DNA from: Methanocaldococcus indicus
GTDB lineage: Archaea; AGJL01; Methanococci; Methanococcales; Methanocaldococcaceae
Length of the DNA stretch: 64,000 nt
Assembly: GCF_049554935.1 (NCBI RefSeq)
Contig: NZ_CP186926.1
Location: 96,001 to 160,000, forward strand
Direction of reading: 5' to 3'
The notes below the pieces were generated by a model. That model made no database searches, was not told the DNA's origin, and was given only the letters and a program-made list of their open reading frames with translations. The position numbers were made by a program, and so were the translations under genes. This document shows positions 1 to 10,384 of the stretch, one piece after another. The stretch's first letter is position 1, and every line of letters starts with the position of its first letter.

Positions 1-751
1 AACCAGTACAGACATTTTCATCTACATATCTTGGCTTTTTCTCAATAGTTACCTCAAAGTTTCCAATGTATCCACTAACTTCTTTTAATTCAGCATAGGT
101 TATTAATTCAACATTGGGGTGGTTCGCAACGCTAACCATCTTTGGGGCGAGAATTCACAGCGCACAGTCATCAGTTGGGAATGTCTTAGCAAGTTGAGCC
201 ATCCTTCCTCCAATAGATGGCTCTTTTTCTAATAAATAAACTTTAAATCCTTGGTCTCCCAAATCAAGAGCTGCTTGAATTCCTGCTATACCTCCTCCAA
301 TAATTAAACAGGATTTATCAACATCAACAATCTTTTGAGGAACATCTTCTAATCTTTTAGCTCTTTCAACTGCTGCAGCTACTAATTCCATTGCCTTTTT
401 TGTAGCTGCTTCTTTATCTTGCATATGAACAAAAGAATCATGCTCTCTAATATTCACAAACTCTAAATAGTATGGAGATAGTCCTGCTTCTTGGATACAG
501 TTTCTAAAAGTAGGTTCATGTATCTTTGGAGTACATGCTGCAACTACAATTCTATTTAAATTATATTTCTTTATATCTTCTTTAATCAAGTTTTGTCCTG
601 GGTCTGCACACATAAAAGGATATTCTCTTGCTACTACTACACCATCTAACTTCTCAGCAAAATCTCTAACTTTTGAACAATCTACAACTGCTTTAATGTT
701 CAATCCACAATGACATACATATACTCCAATTCTTGGAGTTTCATTTTCCAT
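1..751 (-). CDS. hdrA: Heterodisulfide reductase subunit A, selenocysteine-containing; 5' part only, runs off the window start
   Basis: N-terminal [12 protein letters not shown] and GGGIAG motifs. The TGA at 155-157 lies in [15 protein letters not shown] and the frame stays open to the window edge (…[11 protein letters not shown]). Confidence 0.95.
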
Positions 752-870
752 AGTTACACCTCAAAAATAATAGCAACTCTATTTTAATGTATAATTAAAG
801 GTTATATATAAAAAAGTATATTCTCAAACTATTTAATAAGAGCTATTAAAAAATAAAATAAAAGAGGTAG

Positions 871-1908
871 TTATTTTCTAAAATATTTTAGCATAGGTTT
901 TGTTATAATAGGTTTTTCTGGAATTAAACCAGATGGTTTGTAATAAAGAATTAGAAGCATTATTACTCCAAATAACATATATGATAACCATGTGGGCTCA
1001 AAAGGTATTCCTAAGGTGTATTTTATTTGATATTTATAGATATCCAACAATACCTTAACTACTACATAAGCTAAAACTCCAACTAACACTCCATTGTTAT
1101 TTCCTTTTCCTCCCAATAGAACCATTAAAAATGGAAAGAATGTCCATTCAGCCCTTGTAAATGCATTAGCCACTATATTTCCTGTGTAGAGGGAATATAA
1201 TACTCCTGCTATTGCTCCAATGGCAGTACCAATAGCTACTGTTTTTATTCTTAGAAGCATTATATTTCTACCAAAAGCCTTAACAGTATTTTCATTTTCT
1301 CTCATAGCTCTTAAAACTCTACCATAAGGTGTATTTAATAATCTTTGCATAAATAAATATACTAAAAATGCTATTACTAATACAATTCCTGTAAATATAA
1401 TTCCTCTATACTCTCCTGAGGCAAATGCTAATATATCAGGAACAGATATTCCATAATATCCACCAATAATATTTAAGTTATATAAACAAACTAAAAACAC
1501 TGTTTCAGAGATAGCCAATAATGTTACCCCTAAATAGTCCTCTTTTAATTTGGCACTTGGTAGAATAAATATAGCTCCAACAATTAAACCTAATATAACA
1601 GCTAATACAATTGAACTAATTAAAATTAAAAATCCCATAAGTGGATTAATTGCTATCAATTGAGTCATCTTAGAAGCTGCAACAGTTGAAGCATTAATAA
1701 AATCTCCACTAATTCCAAAATACCATATTAATAACCTATCTAATATGGCTCCAACAGCTATGGCCCCTACTAAAACAGATAAAGCTTTTCCAAAGTTTGG
1801 AATTCCTGCATATCCAAATTCTATATTTAAAGAGAGAGAAACAATAGCATATATTCCAAACCATAATAAAATTAGAGAGATAACATCCAATATTAGCATT
1901 ATTTTCAC
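871..1908 (-). CDS. livM: Branched-chain amino acid ABC transporter permease (LivM-type)
   Basis: Polytopic membrane protein with GRVLRAMRENE and LLGGKG motifs; last gene of the liv cluster. Confidence 0.88.
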   Translation of the reverse strand: MKIMLILDVISLILLWFGIYAIVSLSLNIEFGYAGIPNFGKALSVLVGAIAVGAILDRLLIWYFGISGDFINASTVAASKMTQLIAINPLMGFLILISSIVLAVILGLIVGAIFILPSAKLKEDYLGVTLLAISETVFLVCLYNLNIIGGYYGISVPDILAFASGEYRGIIFTGIVLVIAFLVYLFMQRLLNTPYGRVLRAMRENENTVKAFGRNIMLLRIKTVAIGTAIGAIAGVLYSLYTGNIVANAFTRAEWTFFPFLMVLLGGKGNNNGVLVGVLAYVVVKVLLDIYKYQIKYTLGIPFEPTWLSYMLFGVIMLLILYYKPSGLIPEKPIITKPMLKYFRK

Positions 1909-1916
1909 CTCTTATC

Positions 1917-2834
1917 CTAAATATTTAATCTTTTTTTAATCTTTTTCCAATCTAATCCAGTTAATCCTTCTGGAGCTACTAATAAAGTTACAATCATAAT
2001 TATTAAAGAGATAACTTTACCATAAACTAAGAATCCAGCTCCAAATATGGTAGAGAGTTCATAAGTTAATAAACTCTCAGACATCCCTATTATATATCCT
2101 CCAATTAATGCCCCAGAAATGTGTCTTAAACCTCCTACTATACTTGCAGCAAATATAGATATAATTAAGAAATCACCTGTTAATGGAACTACTTCCTGAA
2201 TGAATGGTAATAATCCTCCTGCTATTCCAGCTAATCCTCCTGATAATATCCATGAGAACATTCTTGTTTGCTCAACATCAATTCCCATAGTTTGAGCTAA
2301 ATCAGGATTCTCCATAGATGCTCTCAAAGCAATTCCAAACTTAGTTTTATATAACAGAATATATAAACAAATTAATAACAATATAATAACTCCAGTAGAT
2401 ACAAACAAGATTCCTTTAAATCCAAATAAATAAAAATCAATATTTGAAAAAACAAATTTTGCCATTGTTGAGCCAACAACTCCACTCAATACTTCTGAAT
2501 AAGCCCCAATAAATCCAACTAAGAATAAATCAATTGCCAAGGTAGCTATCATTAAGATTTCTACTGATGCCTTTCTTTTAATGAGAGGTTTTAGGGATAT
2601 ATAGGTAATTAATCCTACAATTGCTCCTACAACAAAAACTACTGGAAGAGTTAGATATGGAGATAAGCCATATAATTTTAATAAAGTTAAAGCAACATAA
2701 CTACCAACAATAGCAAAACTACCCTGTGCAAAGTTAGGAACATTGGTTGTTATATATGTTAAAGTTAAACCTAATGCTAAAAGAACCAATATATTTGAGT
2801 ATATTATAGCCCCTTCTAAAATCATAATTTTCAC
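1917..2834 (-). CDS. livH: Branched-chain amino acid ABC transporter permease (LivH-type)
   Basis: PNFAQG, FGIALRASMENPDLA, IVGG motifs. Confidence 0.88.
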   Translation of the reverse strand: MKIMILEGAIIYSNILVLLALGLTLTYITTNVPNFAQGSFAIVGSYVALTLLKLYGLSPYLTLPVVFVVGAIVGLITYISLKPLIKRKASVEILMIATLAIDLFLVGFIGAYSEVLSGVVGSTMAKFVFSNIDFYLFGFKGILFVSTGVIILLLICLYILLYKTKFGIALRASMENPDLAQTMGIDVEQTRMFSWILSGGLAGIAGGLLPFIQEVVPLTGDFLIISIFAASIVGGLRHISGALIGGYIIGMSESLLTYELSTIFGAGFLVYGKVISLIIMIVTLLVAPEGLTGLDWKKIKKRLNI

Positions 2835-2835
2835 C

Positions 2836-3553
2836 TTAAACAGATGTTATTCCCAATGAGTACTCTTTAAATTTCTCATGGTTTAAGAGTTCTTCTGCTG
2901 TCCCTTCAAAAGCTACTCTTCCACTAACAAACATATATCCAAAATCACTAATCTCCAAAGCTCTTTTTGCATTTTGCTCAACCAATAAAATAGTTAGTCC
3001 ATAATCATCTCTCAACTCAACAATCTTACTGAAAATAACTTCTGCCAATTTTGGAGAGAGTTGAGCTGTTGGTTCATCCAACATCAACACTTCAGCATCT
3101 CTCACTAATGCCATAGCCATAGCTAAAAATTGTCTTTGTCCTCCACTTAAAGTTCCTGCTTTTCTTTTTAAGATATTATTCAACTCTGGGAAAACTTCCA
3201 AAGCTAAGTTAATCCTCTCTTTAAGTTTTTCTATTATCTAATATGTATCCAGCTATCTTTAAATTTTCTTCAACAGTTAAATTTACAAATACATTGTTTG
3301 TTTGTGGTAAATAGGCTATTCTCATTCTTGCCTTTTTATATGGAGGTATATAAGTTATATCATTACCTTTAAAATTTATTTCTCCTGAGTAGATTGTAGT
3401 TAATCCAAACAATGTCTTTAAAAATGTTGATTTTCCAGAACCATTGGGTCCAACAACTGTGGTTATTTTATTTTCTTCTACTTTTGCATTTACATCAAAC
3501 AATATTTGTAATTTACCATATCCAGCATTTAAATTACTTACTTTAATTATCAT
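2836..3553 (-). pseudogene. livF: LivF ABC ATPase split by a frameshift near 3225 (pseudogene or sequencing error)
   Basis: ORF 3221-3553 carries Walker A (GPNGSGKS). ORF 2836-3201 carries LSGGQ, Walker B DEPT and EQN. The second frame is open from about 3232 ([17 protein letters not shown]). Confidence 0.85.
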
Positions 3554-4314
3554 TCTCCCCCTCCAATATAAATCTCTACAACTTTTGGGTCTTTTAGGAC
3601 ATTCTCAATCTCTTTGCCTTTACCTTCTGCTATTATTTTTCCATTGAACATTACATAAAGATGGTCAATATATTTAAGAACAATATCTAACCTATGCTCA
3701 ACAATAAGAAAAGTAATTCCTTTTTCTTTTAGTTCTAAAACATGATTAAAGATGTCATGAGCTAATCCTGGAGCTACTCCTGCAATTGGCTCATCCATAA
3801 CAATCATTTTAGGATTTGACATCAAAGCTCTTCCTATTTCAACTAACTTCATCTGTCCTCCACTTAATTCCCCTGCTTTTCTATCATATAGATGAGAAAG
3901 TTTTAAAAACTCTAAAATTTTAAAAGCTTTTTCTACCATCTCTTCCTCAAATGGCATCCATTTATTATAAAATAGAGCATTTATTGGCTCCTCTCCTGGA
4001 TGTATCTGCCCAATTAATAGATTTTCTAAAACTGTCATCTCTTTCAATGGTTGAGGAGTTTGAAAAGTTCTAACTATCCCATGATGATAAATCTCTTCTG
4101 GCTCTTTGTTTGTTATATCTTTATTTTCAAAAATAACCTTCCCATCATCTGCTTTTAAAAATCCTGTAATTACATTTATTAAAGTTGATTTTCCAGAACC
4201 ATTTGGCCCAATAACTAAACATACTGTTTGCTTCTCCACAGAAATAGATACATTATCCAAAGCTTTGAAATCACCAAAGTATTTCACTATATTTTCAGTC
4301 CTTAGTATATCCAT
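3550..4314 (-). CDS. livG: Branched-chain amino acid ABC ATPase (LivG-type)
   Basis: [24 protein letters not shown] motifs. Confidence 0.92.
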   Translation of the reverse strand: MDILRTENIVKYFGDFKALDNVSISVEKQTVCLVIGPNGSGKSTLINVITGFLKADDGKVIFENKDITNKEPEEIYHHGIVRTFQTPQPLKEMTVLENLLIGQIHPGEEPINALFYNKWMPFEEEMVEKAFKILEFLKLSHLYDRKAGELSGGQMKLVEIGRALMSNPKMIVMDEPIAGVAPGLAHDIFNHVLELKEKGITFLIVEHRLDIVLKYIDHLYVMFNGKIIAEGKGKEIENVLKDPKVVEIYIGGGE

Positions 4315-4431
4315 ATTATCTCACCAATAGGAAAATAGTTTCCTTAATATATAAATATTACTTCTAGGATTTAAAAATAAAAAATACAACAAACAACTAA
4401 ATAATAAATTACCTTAAAAATATTTATAAAT

Positions 4432-5604
4432 TTACCTTAAAAATAGCAAAATTGTTGGAAAAACCAAAACATTCATCATATTTGAAAGGTTAGAATTACT
4501 TTTATTGGCTAAGATTCCAATAAATATAGCTGTTAAATAAACAATAAAGTTGTAAATTGGATATTTACTTACAACAAGAACAAGTAATGTGCAAAAAATT
4601 ATTAAAAATATTGATAGTAATCTAAAATTTATTTTTGGTAGTATTTTAAGCAAAAATTTGGATATATAAGATAACAAAATAAATGATATTGCAGAAGAAA
4701 CTATAATGTAAAAAATCATATCATTTAATGAAAACTTTAAATTAAGTAATCTTATTGTCTCTGCTACACCACTTCTACCCTTTCCTATAAAAATTAAAGC
4801 TAATAAGGAGAGTACTTCATTTGATAATATAATTGCTCCCTGAGAAACTAAAAAGCTTCTTAAATTACTTTCTTTTATTATCTTACTTAGTAAAAAATTA
4901 AGTTGAGCACCACTTACAGCAGGTAGAAAAATCCTAAAAAAACCTGTTACTGTTGCAAATAATGATGTGTAAATATATATCAACTCAAATTTTGGGAATG
5001 TTATATTTTGTTTTGGAAATTTTGAATTTAAGCTATTTAATAAAATTGGAACTCCAAACATCCCTGTAAATATTGCTGTTAATGTTGATAATTCAGAGTA
5101 GTTTAAATATAAAACAACAATTCCAAAAATTCCTGATAAGAATATAATAGCTATCTCCCAAATATGCTTAGCAGTTATAATTTGATAGATAACAAACAAA
5201 ATTAGAATAAAAGGAATAGCTGGTTTTATAAAAAGATATAAAGTGTTAATATCTATTTTCATCAATAAGACAATTAAAACAAACACTAATGAAATAGCTA
5301 CTCCTAAAAAAGCGCCTAATCCTGATAAAATTACACCTTCATATCCATATCCTTTTAATGTTAATTTATGTAATGGGAGAACTGAAACTGATGTCTCATC
5401 ATCAGGAACTCCTAAAAAGGCAGCTGGAATAAAGTTTATAAAGTAGTGGGAAATAACCAATCCTATTAAAAAAGGAACAAAGTTTTCTCCAAAGTATGGA
5501 AGTAGAAAGATAGATAAAACAGCTATATTATTTGGATGTATTCCAGGAAATAGACATGTAAAAATTCCAGTCAAAACTCCAAAAAATAAATAAAGTATAT
5601 TCAT
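4432..5604 (-). CDS. Tripartite tricarboxylate transporter TctA-like (DUF112) membrane protein
   Basis: PGIHPN and FLGVPD motifs, many TM helices. Confidence 0.75.
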   Translation of the reverse strand: MNILYLFFGVLTGIFTCLFPGIHPNNIAVLSIFLLPYFGENFVPFLIGLVISHYFINFIPAAFLGVPDDETSVSVLPLHKLTLKGYGYEGVILSGLGAFLGVAISLVFVLIVLLMKIDINTLYLFIKPAIPFILILFVIYQIITAKHIWEIAIIFLSGIFGIVVLYLNYSELSTLTAIFTGMFGVPILLNSLNSKFPKQNITFPKFELIYIYTSLFATVTGFFRIFLPAVSGAQLNFLLSKIIKESNLRSFLVSQGAIILSNEVLSLLALIFIGKGRSGVAETIRLLNLKFSLNDMIFYIIVSSAISFILLSYISKFLLKILPKINFRLLSIFLIIFCTLLVLVVSKYPIYNFIVYLTAIFIGILANKSNSNLSNMMNVLVFPTILLFLR

Positions 5605-5607
5605 AAT

Positions 5608-6600
5608 TTAGTCCTTTTCTAAACCACACATTTTTCTTAACTCTTTACCTACTTTTTCAATTAAATGCTCTTTTTCTAATCTTCTTAAAGCATTTAAATG
5701 TGGTTTTCCTGCTATATTTTCTAATCTCCATTCTTTTGCAAATCTTCCATCTTGAATCTCTTTTAATATTTCTTTCATTGCTTTTCTTGATTCTTCATTT
5801 ATAACTCTACTTCTTCTTGTTAATCCTCCATATTCAGCAGTATTTGAAACATTCTCCCACATACCTTGGAGACCTTTTTGATAGATTAAATCAACTATCA
5901 ACTTTAATTCATGACATGTCTCAAAATAAGCCATCTCAGGAGAGTATCCTGCTTCAACCAATGTCTCAAAAGCAGCTTTTATTAGTTCTGTTACTCCACC
6001 ACATAGAACAACTTGCTCTCCAAATAAATCTGTTTCTGTCTCTTCTTTAAAAGTAGTTTCTATTACTCCAACTCTTGTTAATCCAATACCTTTAGCCATT
6101 CCTAAGGCAATTTGCAAAGCATCTCCTGTATAATCTTGTTCAACAGCAACTAATCCAGGAACTCCAAAACCCTCCTCATAAGTTTTTCTGACCATAGCTC
6201 CTGGAGATTTTGGAGCAACCATTGTAACATTTACATTCTTTGGAGGAACAATTAAACCATAATGAATATTGTAACCATGAGAAAAGCTTAAAGTTTTTCC
6301 TTCTGTTAAATATGGCTCAATTTGTTTTTTATAAACAGTTGGCTGAACTTCATCAGGAATTAAAATATGGATTATATCTGCTTCTTTTGCAGCTTCTTCA
6401 ATTGTTAATACTTTATGCCCATCTTTAACAGCCTTTTCCCAAGATTGTCCATTAGGTCTTAAACCTACTACAACATTTAATCCACTATCTTTCATATTCA
6501 AAGATTGAGCTCTTCCCTGACTTCCATATCCTATAACAGCTATAACTTTATCTTTGACAGCATCATAAGATACATCCTTATCATAGTATATCTTAACCAT
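5608..6600 (-). CDS. ilvC: Ketol-acid reductoisomerase
   Basis: [26 protein letters not shown] motifs. Confidence 0.97.
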   Translation of the reverse strand: MVKIYYDKDVSYDAVKDKVIAVIGYGSQGRAQSLNMKDSGLNVVVGLRPNGQSWEKAVKDGHKVLTIEEAAKEADIIHILIPDEVQPTVYKKQIEPYLTEGKTLSFSHGYNIHYGLIVPPKNVNVTMVAPKSPGAMVRKTYEEGFGVPGLVAVEQDYTGDALQIALGMAKGIGLTRVGVIETTFKEETETDLFGEQVVLCGGVTELIKAAFETLVEAGYSPEMAYFETCHELKLIVDLIYQKGLQGMWENVSNTAEYGGLTRRSRVINEESRKAMKEILKEIQDGRFAKEWRLENIAGKPHLNALRRLEKEHLIEKVGKELRKMCGLEKD

Positions 6601-6772
6601 AACTACACCTCAACAGCTTTTTAGATTTTAATGATTCTATTCTTTATACTTAAATTTTATGAAATTACTTTGTAATATATCTGAATTCATGGTATTAGAA
6701 AATCTTATCATTATCTTTAAATTCTTATATTATCTTAATATTTATTTATGAGACTATTTTATTGGTGATTTT

Positions 6773-7786
6773 ATGAGAAAATATGTTATATTTATGAGTT
6801 TAATTATACTCACAGGAATTGTTATTAGTGGATGTGTAAATAATGAAAAAAAAGAAGAGAATGTATTGACTGTTTATGCAGCATATGGAGGAATGGATAA
6901 AATAGCAAAAGCATTTGAAAAAGATACTGGTATAAAAATAAAATATATATCTATGTCTTCTGGAGAAGTATTGGCCCGTTTAGAGGCTGAAAGAAACAAT
7001 CCATCATGTGATGTCTGGTTTGGTGGAGGGATTGATGCTTTTATTAAAGCTAAGGAAGAAGGACTACTAATGCAGTATAATTCCCCTAATACAAAGTATA
7101 TTGATAAAAGATTTGTAGATAAAGATCATTATTGGACAGGAGTATCAATAGTTACTGTAGGTTTATTAGTAAATGAAAAAAGATTAAAAGAAAAAGGACT
7201 TCCTGAACCAAAAACTTGGGATGATTTAATTAAACCTATCTATAAAGGAGAAATTATTGCTTCAAATCCTACCACATCAGGGACAGCATATTTTACAGTT
7301 TGTGGAATCTTGCAGATGAAAGGAGAAAAAGATGGATGGGCATATTTGGACAAATTATATGAAAATACACCATTTCTAACAAAAAGAGGCTCAACTCCTG
7401 GAAGATTAGTAATGTCTGGAGAATTTGCTATAGGAATTTGTCCAGACCCTCATATAGCAGTAATGAAAAATAAAGACCTGCCTATTAAGGCCATATATTT
7501 GGATAAAGTTATATGGTGGCCATCTCCAGTAGCAATTGTAAAAAACTGTAAACATCCAGAAGCGGCAAAAAAATTTGTTGATTGGGTTTTATCAAAAAGA
7601 GGTCAAGAAGTTTTAATGGAAGCTGATCCGAGAGTTCCTGTAAGAAGTGATATAAAACCAGTTGAAGGCGTGCCAAATCCAAAAGAATTAGATTTTATTA
7701 ATATGGATTTTATATATTGGAGTAAAAAAAGAGATGAAATATTAAAAGAATGGGAGGAAAGATATCAAAATATCATAACAAAATAA
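6773..7786 (+). CDS. ABC transporter substrate-binding lipoprotein (AfuA/FbpA-like; Fe3+/thiamine/polyamine class)
   Basis: Signal peptide with SGC lipobox; DVWFGG, PKTWDDL, NPTTSGT motifs; SD GGTGA. Confidence 0.85.
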   Translation: MRKYVIFMSLIILTGIVISGCVNNEKKEENVLTVYAAYGGMDKIAKAFEKDTGIKIKYISMSSGEVLARLEAERNNPSCDVWFGGGIDAFIKAKEEGLLMQYNSPNTKYIDKRFVDKDHYWTGVSIVTVGLLVNEKRLKEKGLPEPKTWDDLIKPIYKGEIIASNPTTSGTAYFTVCGILQMKGEKDGWAYLDKLYENTPFLTKRGSTPGRLVMSGEFAIGICPDPHIAVMKNKDLPIKAIYLDKVIWWPSPVAIVKNCKHPEAAKKFVDWVLSKRGQEVLMEADPRVPVRSDIKPVEGVPNPKELDFINMDFIYWSKKRDEILKEWEERYQNIITK

Positions 7787-7802
7787 ATAAGTTCTTGTTC
7801 TT

Positions 7803-9407
7803 ATGGTGAAGTTTTTGAAGGTTAAAATGTTGTTATATGTTGTACTATTTCTCTTTTTACTTATTTTTTTAGTATATCCTATTTCTATGGTTTTTATTAA
7901 ATCATTTTATAGTAATGGAATTTTTACATTAAAATATTATTATGTATTTTGTAAAGACCATTATTACATTGACCTTCTAAAAAATAGTCTAATGGTTGCT
8001 ATTTTATCAACAACAATTTCTTTATTTTTTGGTTTATTATTTTCAATACTTATATTTAAAACAGATATTAAAGGAAAATTATTTTTTAAAATTGCTGTTC
8101 TTTTACCAATAATTACTCCAGGATATATAACTTCCTTAGCATATATTTATCTATTTGGGAGAAATGGGATTATTACTAATAGCTTGTTGGGATTGGATAT
8201 TAACATATACTCTTGGAAGAGTGTCGTAATTTTACAATCTATTGATTATACTACATTAGCATTTTTTGTTATATCAGCTGTTTTATTAAGTATAGATAGT
8301 AACTTAGAAGATGCTGCAAGAACATTAGGAGCTAAGGAATTTAGAATATTTACTGATATAACACTTCCATTGCTCTTACCTGGACTTTTAAGTGCTGGGA
8401 TTTTAATATTTATGGAGTCATTAGCAGACTTTGGGACTCCTATTATAGTAGGAGGTAATTTTAATACACTTGCAACTGCTGCTTATTTTGAAGTAATTGG
8501 TAATTATAATTTAGAAATGGCCTCAGTATTGTGTATTATCCTTCTAATTCCATCTATAATTATATTTGCAATATATAGCAAGATTAATAAAGGATATTCC
8601 CAAAGATATCCAAAAATAAAAACCTATAATTTAAAAGAGTTAGATAAATTTTTAATATCAATCCCAGCAATAATATTCTCTCTTTTTGTTTATTTATTAT
8701 TTTTTTCTGTTTTTTTGGCAGGATTTACAAAAGGTTTTGGTTATAACTATACCTTTACATTAGAATACTTTATAGAAGCTTTAAATCATGGAAAATATGC
8801 AATATTTAATACTATTTTATATTCAATATCAACCAGTATATTGGCTGGATTATTAGGATCAATTTATGCTTATTTAGTTGTCAGAGATAAGTTTGTTGGT
8901 AGAAAAGCCTTAGATTTTTTAGCAGTTATGCCTTTTGCAATACCTGGGACATTTATGGGAATTGGATATTTAATTGCATTTAGCAATCCTCCATTATTAT
9001 TAGTAGGGACTTCTTTAATTATTATATTAAATTGTGTAATAAGGAAATTACCATTTTCCTTTAAAACATGCTGTGCTACCTTATTACAAATAGATAAGTC
9101 TTTTGAAGATGTTTCTTTAACATTAGGAGCTGATAGAATAAGGACATTTCTAAAAGTTGTTTTTCCTTTATTAAAGCCAGCTGTAATTTTTAGTATGATA
9201 TATGTATTCATCTCAACAGTTAAAACTCTCGGTTCAATTATATTTCTTATAACACCTGATACTATGGTGTTATCGGCATTAGTTTTTGAAAGTACTATAA
9301 ACTATAATTTTGGAGTTGCTGCATGCTATGCAATAATAATGATTATACTATCAGTGTTAGGGACTATTCTTCTATTGAAATTTAAAGGTGATAAATCTTG
9401 GTTTTAG
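7803..9407 (+). CDS. ABC transporter permease with two TM domains (AfuB/FbpB/ThiP-like)
   Basis: Two EAA-type loops (LEDAARTLGA, FEDVSLTLGA); ADFGTP motif. Confidence 0.85.
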   Translation: MVKFLKVKMLLYVVLFLFLLIFLVYPISMVFIKSFYSNGIFTLKYYYVFCKDHYYIDLLKNSLMVAILSTTISLFFGLLFSILIFKTDIKGKLFFKIAVLLPIITPGYITSLAYIYLFGRNGIITNSLLGLDINIYSWKSVVILQSIDYTTLAFFVISAVLLSIDSNLEDAARTLGAKEFRIFTDITLPLLLPGLLSAGILIFMESLADFGTPIIVGGNFNTLATAAYFEVIGNYNLEMASVLCIILLIPSIIIFAIYSKINKGYSQRYPKIKTYNLKELDKFLISIPAIIFSLFVYLLFFSVFLAGFTKGFGYNYTFTLEYFIEALNHGKYAIFNTILYSISTSILAGLLGSIYAYLVVRDKFVGRKALDFLAVMPFAIPGTFMGIGYLIAFSNPPLLLVGTSLIIILNCVIRKLPFSFKTCCATLLQIDKSFEDVSLTLGADRIRTFLKVVFPLLKPAVIFSMIYVFISTVKTLGSIIFLITPDTMVLSALVFESTINYNFGVAACYAIIMIILSVLGTILLLKFKGDKSWF

Positions 9408-10378
9408 AACTTGTTAATATTTCAAAATCATATAATAACAAAGAGGTATTGAAAAATATTAATTTAAAATGTGATAATGAACTAATATCTATTTTAGGCC
9501 CATCTGGCTGTGGAAAAACTACATGTTTAAAAATTATTGCAGGATTAGAGCAACCAAGTAGTGGAAAAATTGTACTTAATGGAAAAGATATAACTAAGTT
9601 ACCACCATATAAGAGAAACATTGGATATGTTCCTCAAAATTATGCTCTTTTTCCACATTTAACAGTTTTTGAGAATGTTGCCTATGGTTTAAAAATTAGA
9701 AAATTAAAAAAAGATAAAATAGATGAAAAAGTAAAAAATGTTTTAGATTTAGTGAATTTAAGTGGATATGAAAATTATAAAGTTACTGAACTCAGCGGAG
9801 GAGAACAGCAAAGAGTAGCTTTAGCTAGAGCCTTAGTTATAGAGCCAAAAATCTTATTATTAGATGAACCTTTAAGTAACTTAGATGCCAAATTAAGAGT
9901 AAAAATGAGAAGAAATATAAAAAAGATACAAAAGAATATAGGGATAACAACAATATATGTTACTCATGACCAAGAAGAAGCTTTATCTATATCTGATAGA
10001 ATAGCTGTTATGAATAATGGTATATTTGAGCAGGTAGATACACCAGATAAAATATATAAAAATCCTAAAACATTATTTGTATCCAAATTTATTGGAAATA
10101 TTAATATTTTACCAAGGTTTATAGTTGAAACATTAGGAATTGATTACAATGAAAATTACTATTATTTGGTCAGACCAGAGCATATTATGTTAGGAAAAGG
10201 CAAATTTTGTGGAAAAATTGATGATATTGAATACCTTGGAAATCTTGTGAGATATACAATAAAAGTTATGGATTCAGAACTTATTTGTGAAGTTCATAGT
10301 TGTAATTATCTATACCAAGAGGGAGATAGCATAGTTTTTGATATATTAAAGGATAAGGTTATATATATAAAAACATAA
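9398..10378 (+). CDS. ABC transporter ATPase (AfuC/PotA-like, TOBE tail)
   Basis: GPSGCGKT, LSGGEQQR, LLDEP, VTHDQEEA motifs; TTG start behind AGGTGA. Confidence 0.9.
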   Translation: MVLELVNISKSYNNKEVLKNINLKCDNELISILGPSGCGKTTCLKIIAGLEQPSSGKIVLNGKDITKLPPYKRNIGYVPQNYALFPHLTVFENVAYGLKIRKLKKDKIDEKVKNVLDLVNLSGYENYKVTELSGGEQQRVALARALVIEPKILLLDEPLSNLDAKLRVKMRRNIKKIQKNIGITTIYVTHDQEEALSISDRIAVMNNGIFEQVDTPDKIYKNPKTLFVSKFIGNINILPRFIVETLGIDYNENYYYLVRPEHIMLGKGKFCGKIDDIEYLGNLVRYTIKVMDSELICEVHSCNYLYQEGDSIVFDILKDKVIYIKT

Positions 10379-10384
10379 CTCTAT

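Noticed and set aside
6697-6715. Fur-box-like word (…ATCATTATC) upstream of the ABC operon; similar TCATTATC words near 33013 and 33049
   Set aside because: Only 12/19 match to the bacterial consensus in very AT-rich DNA; not distinguishable from background by eye.
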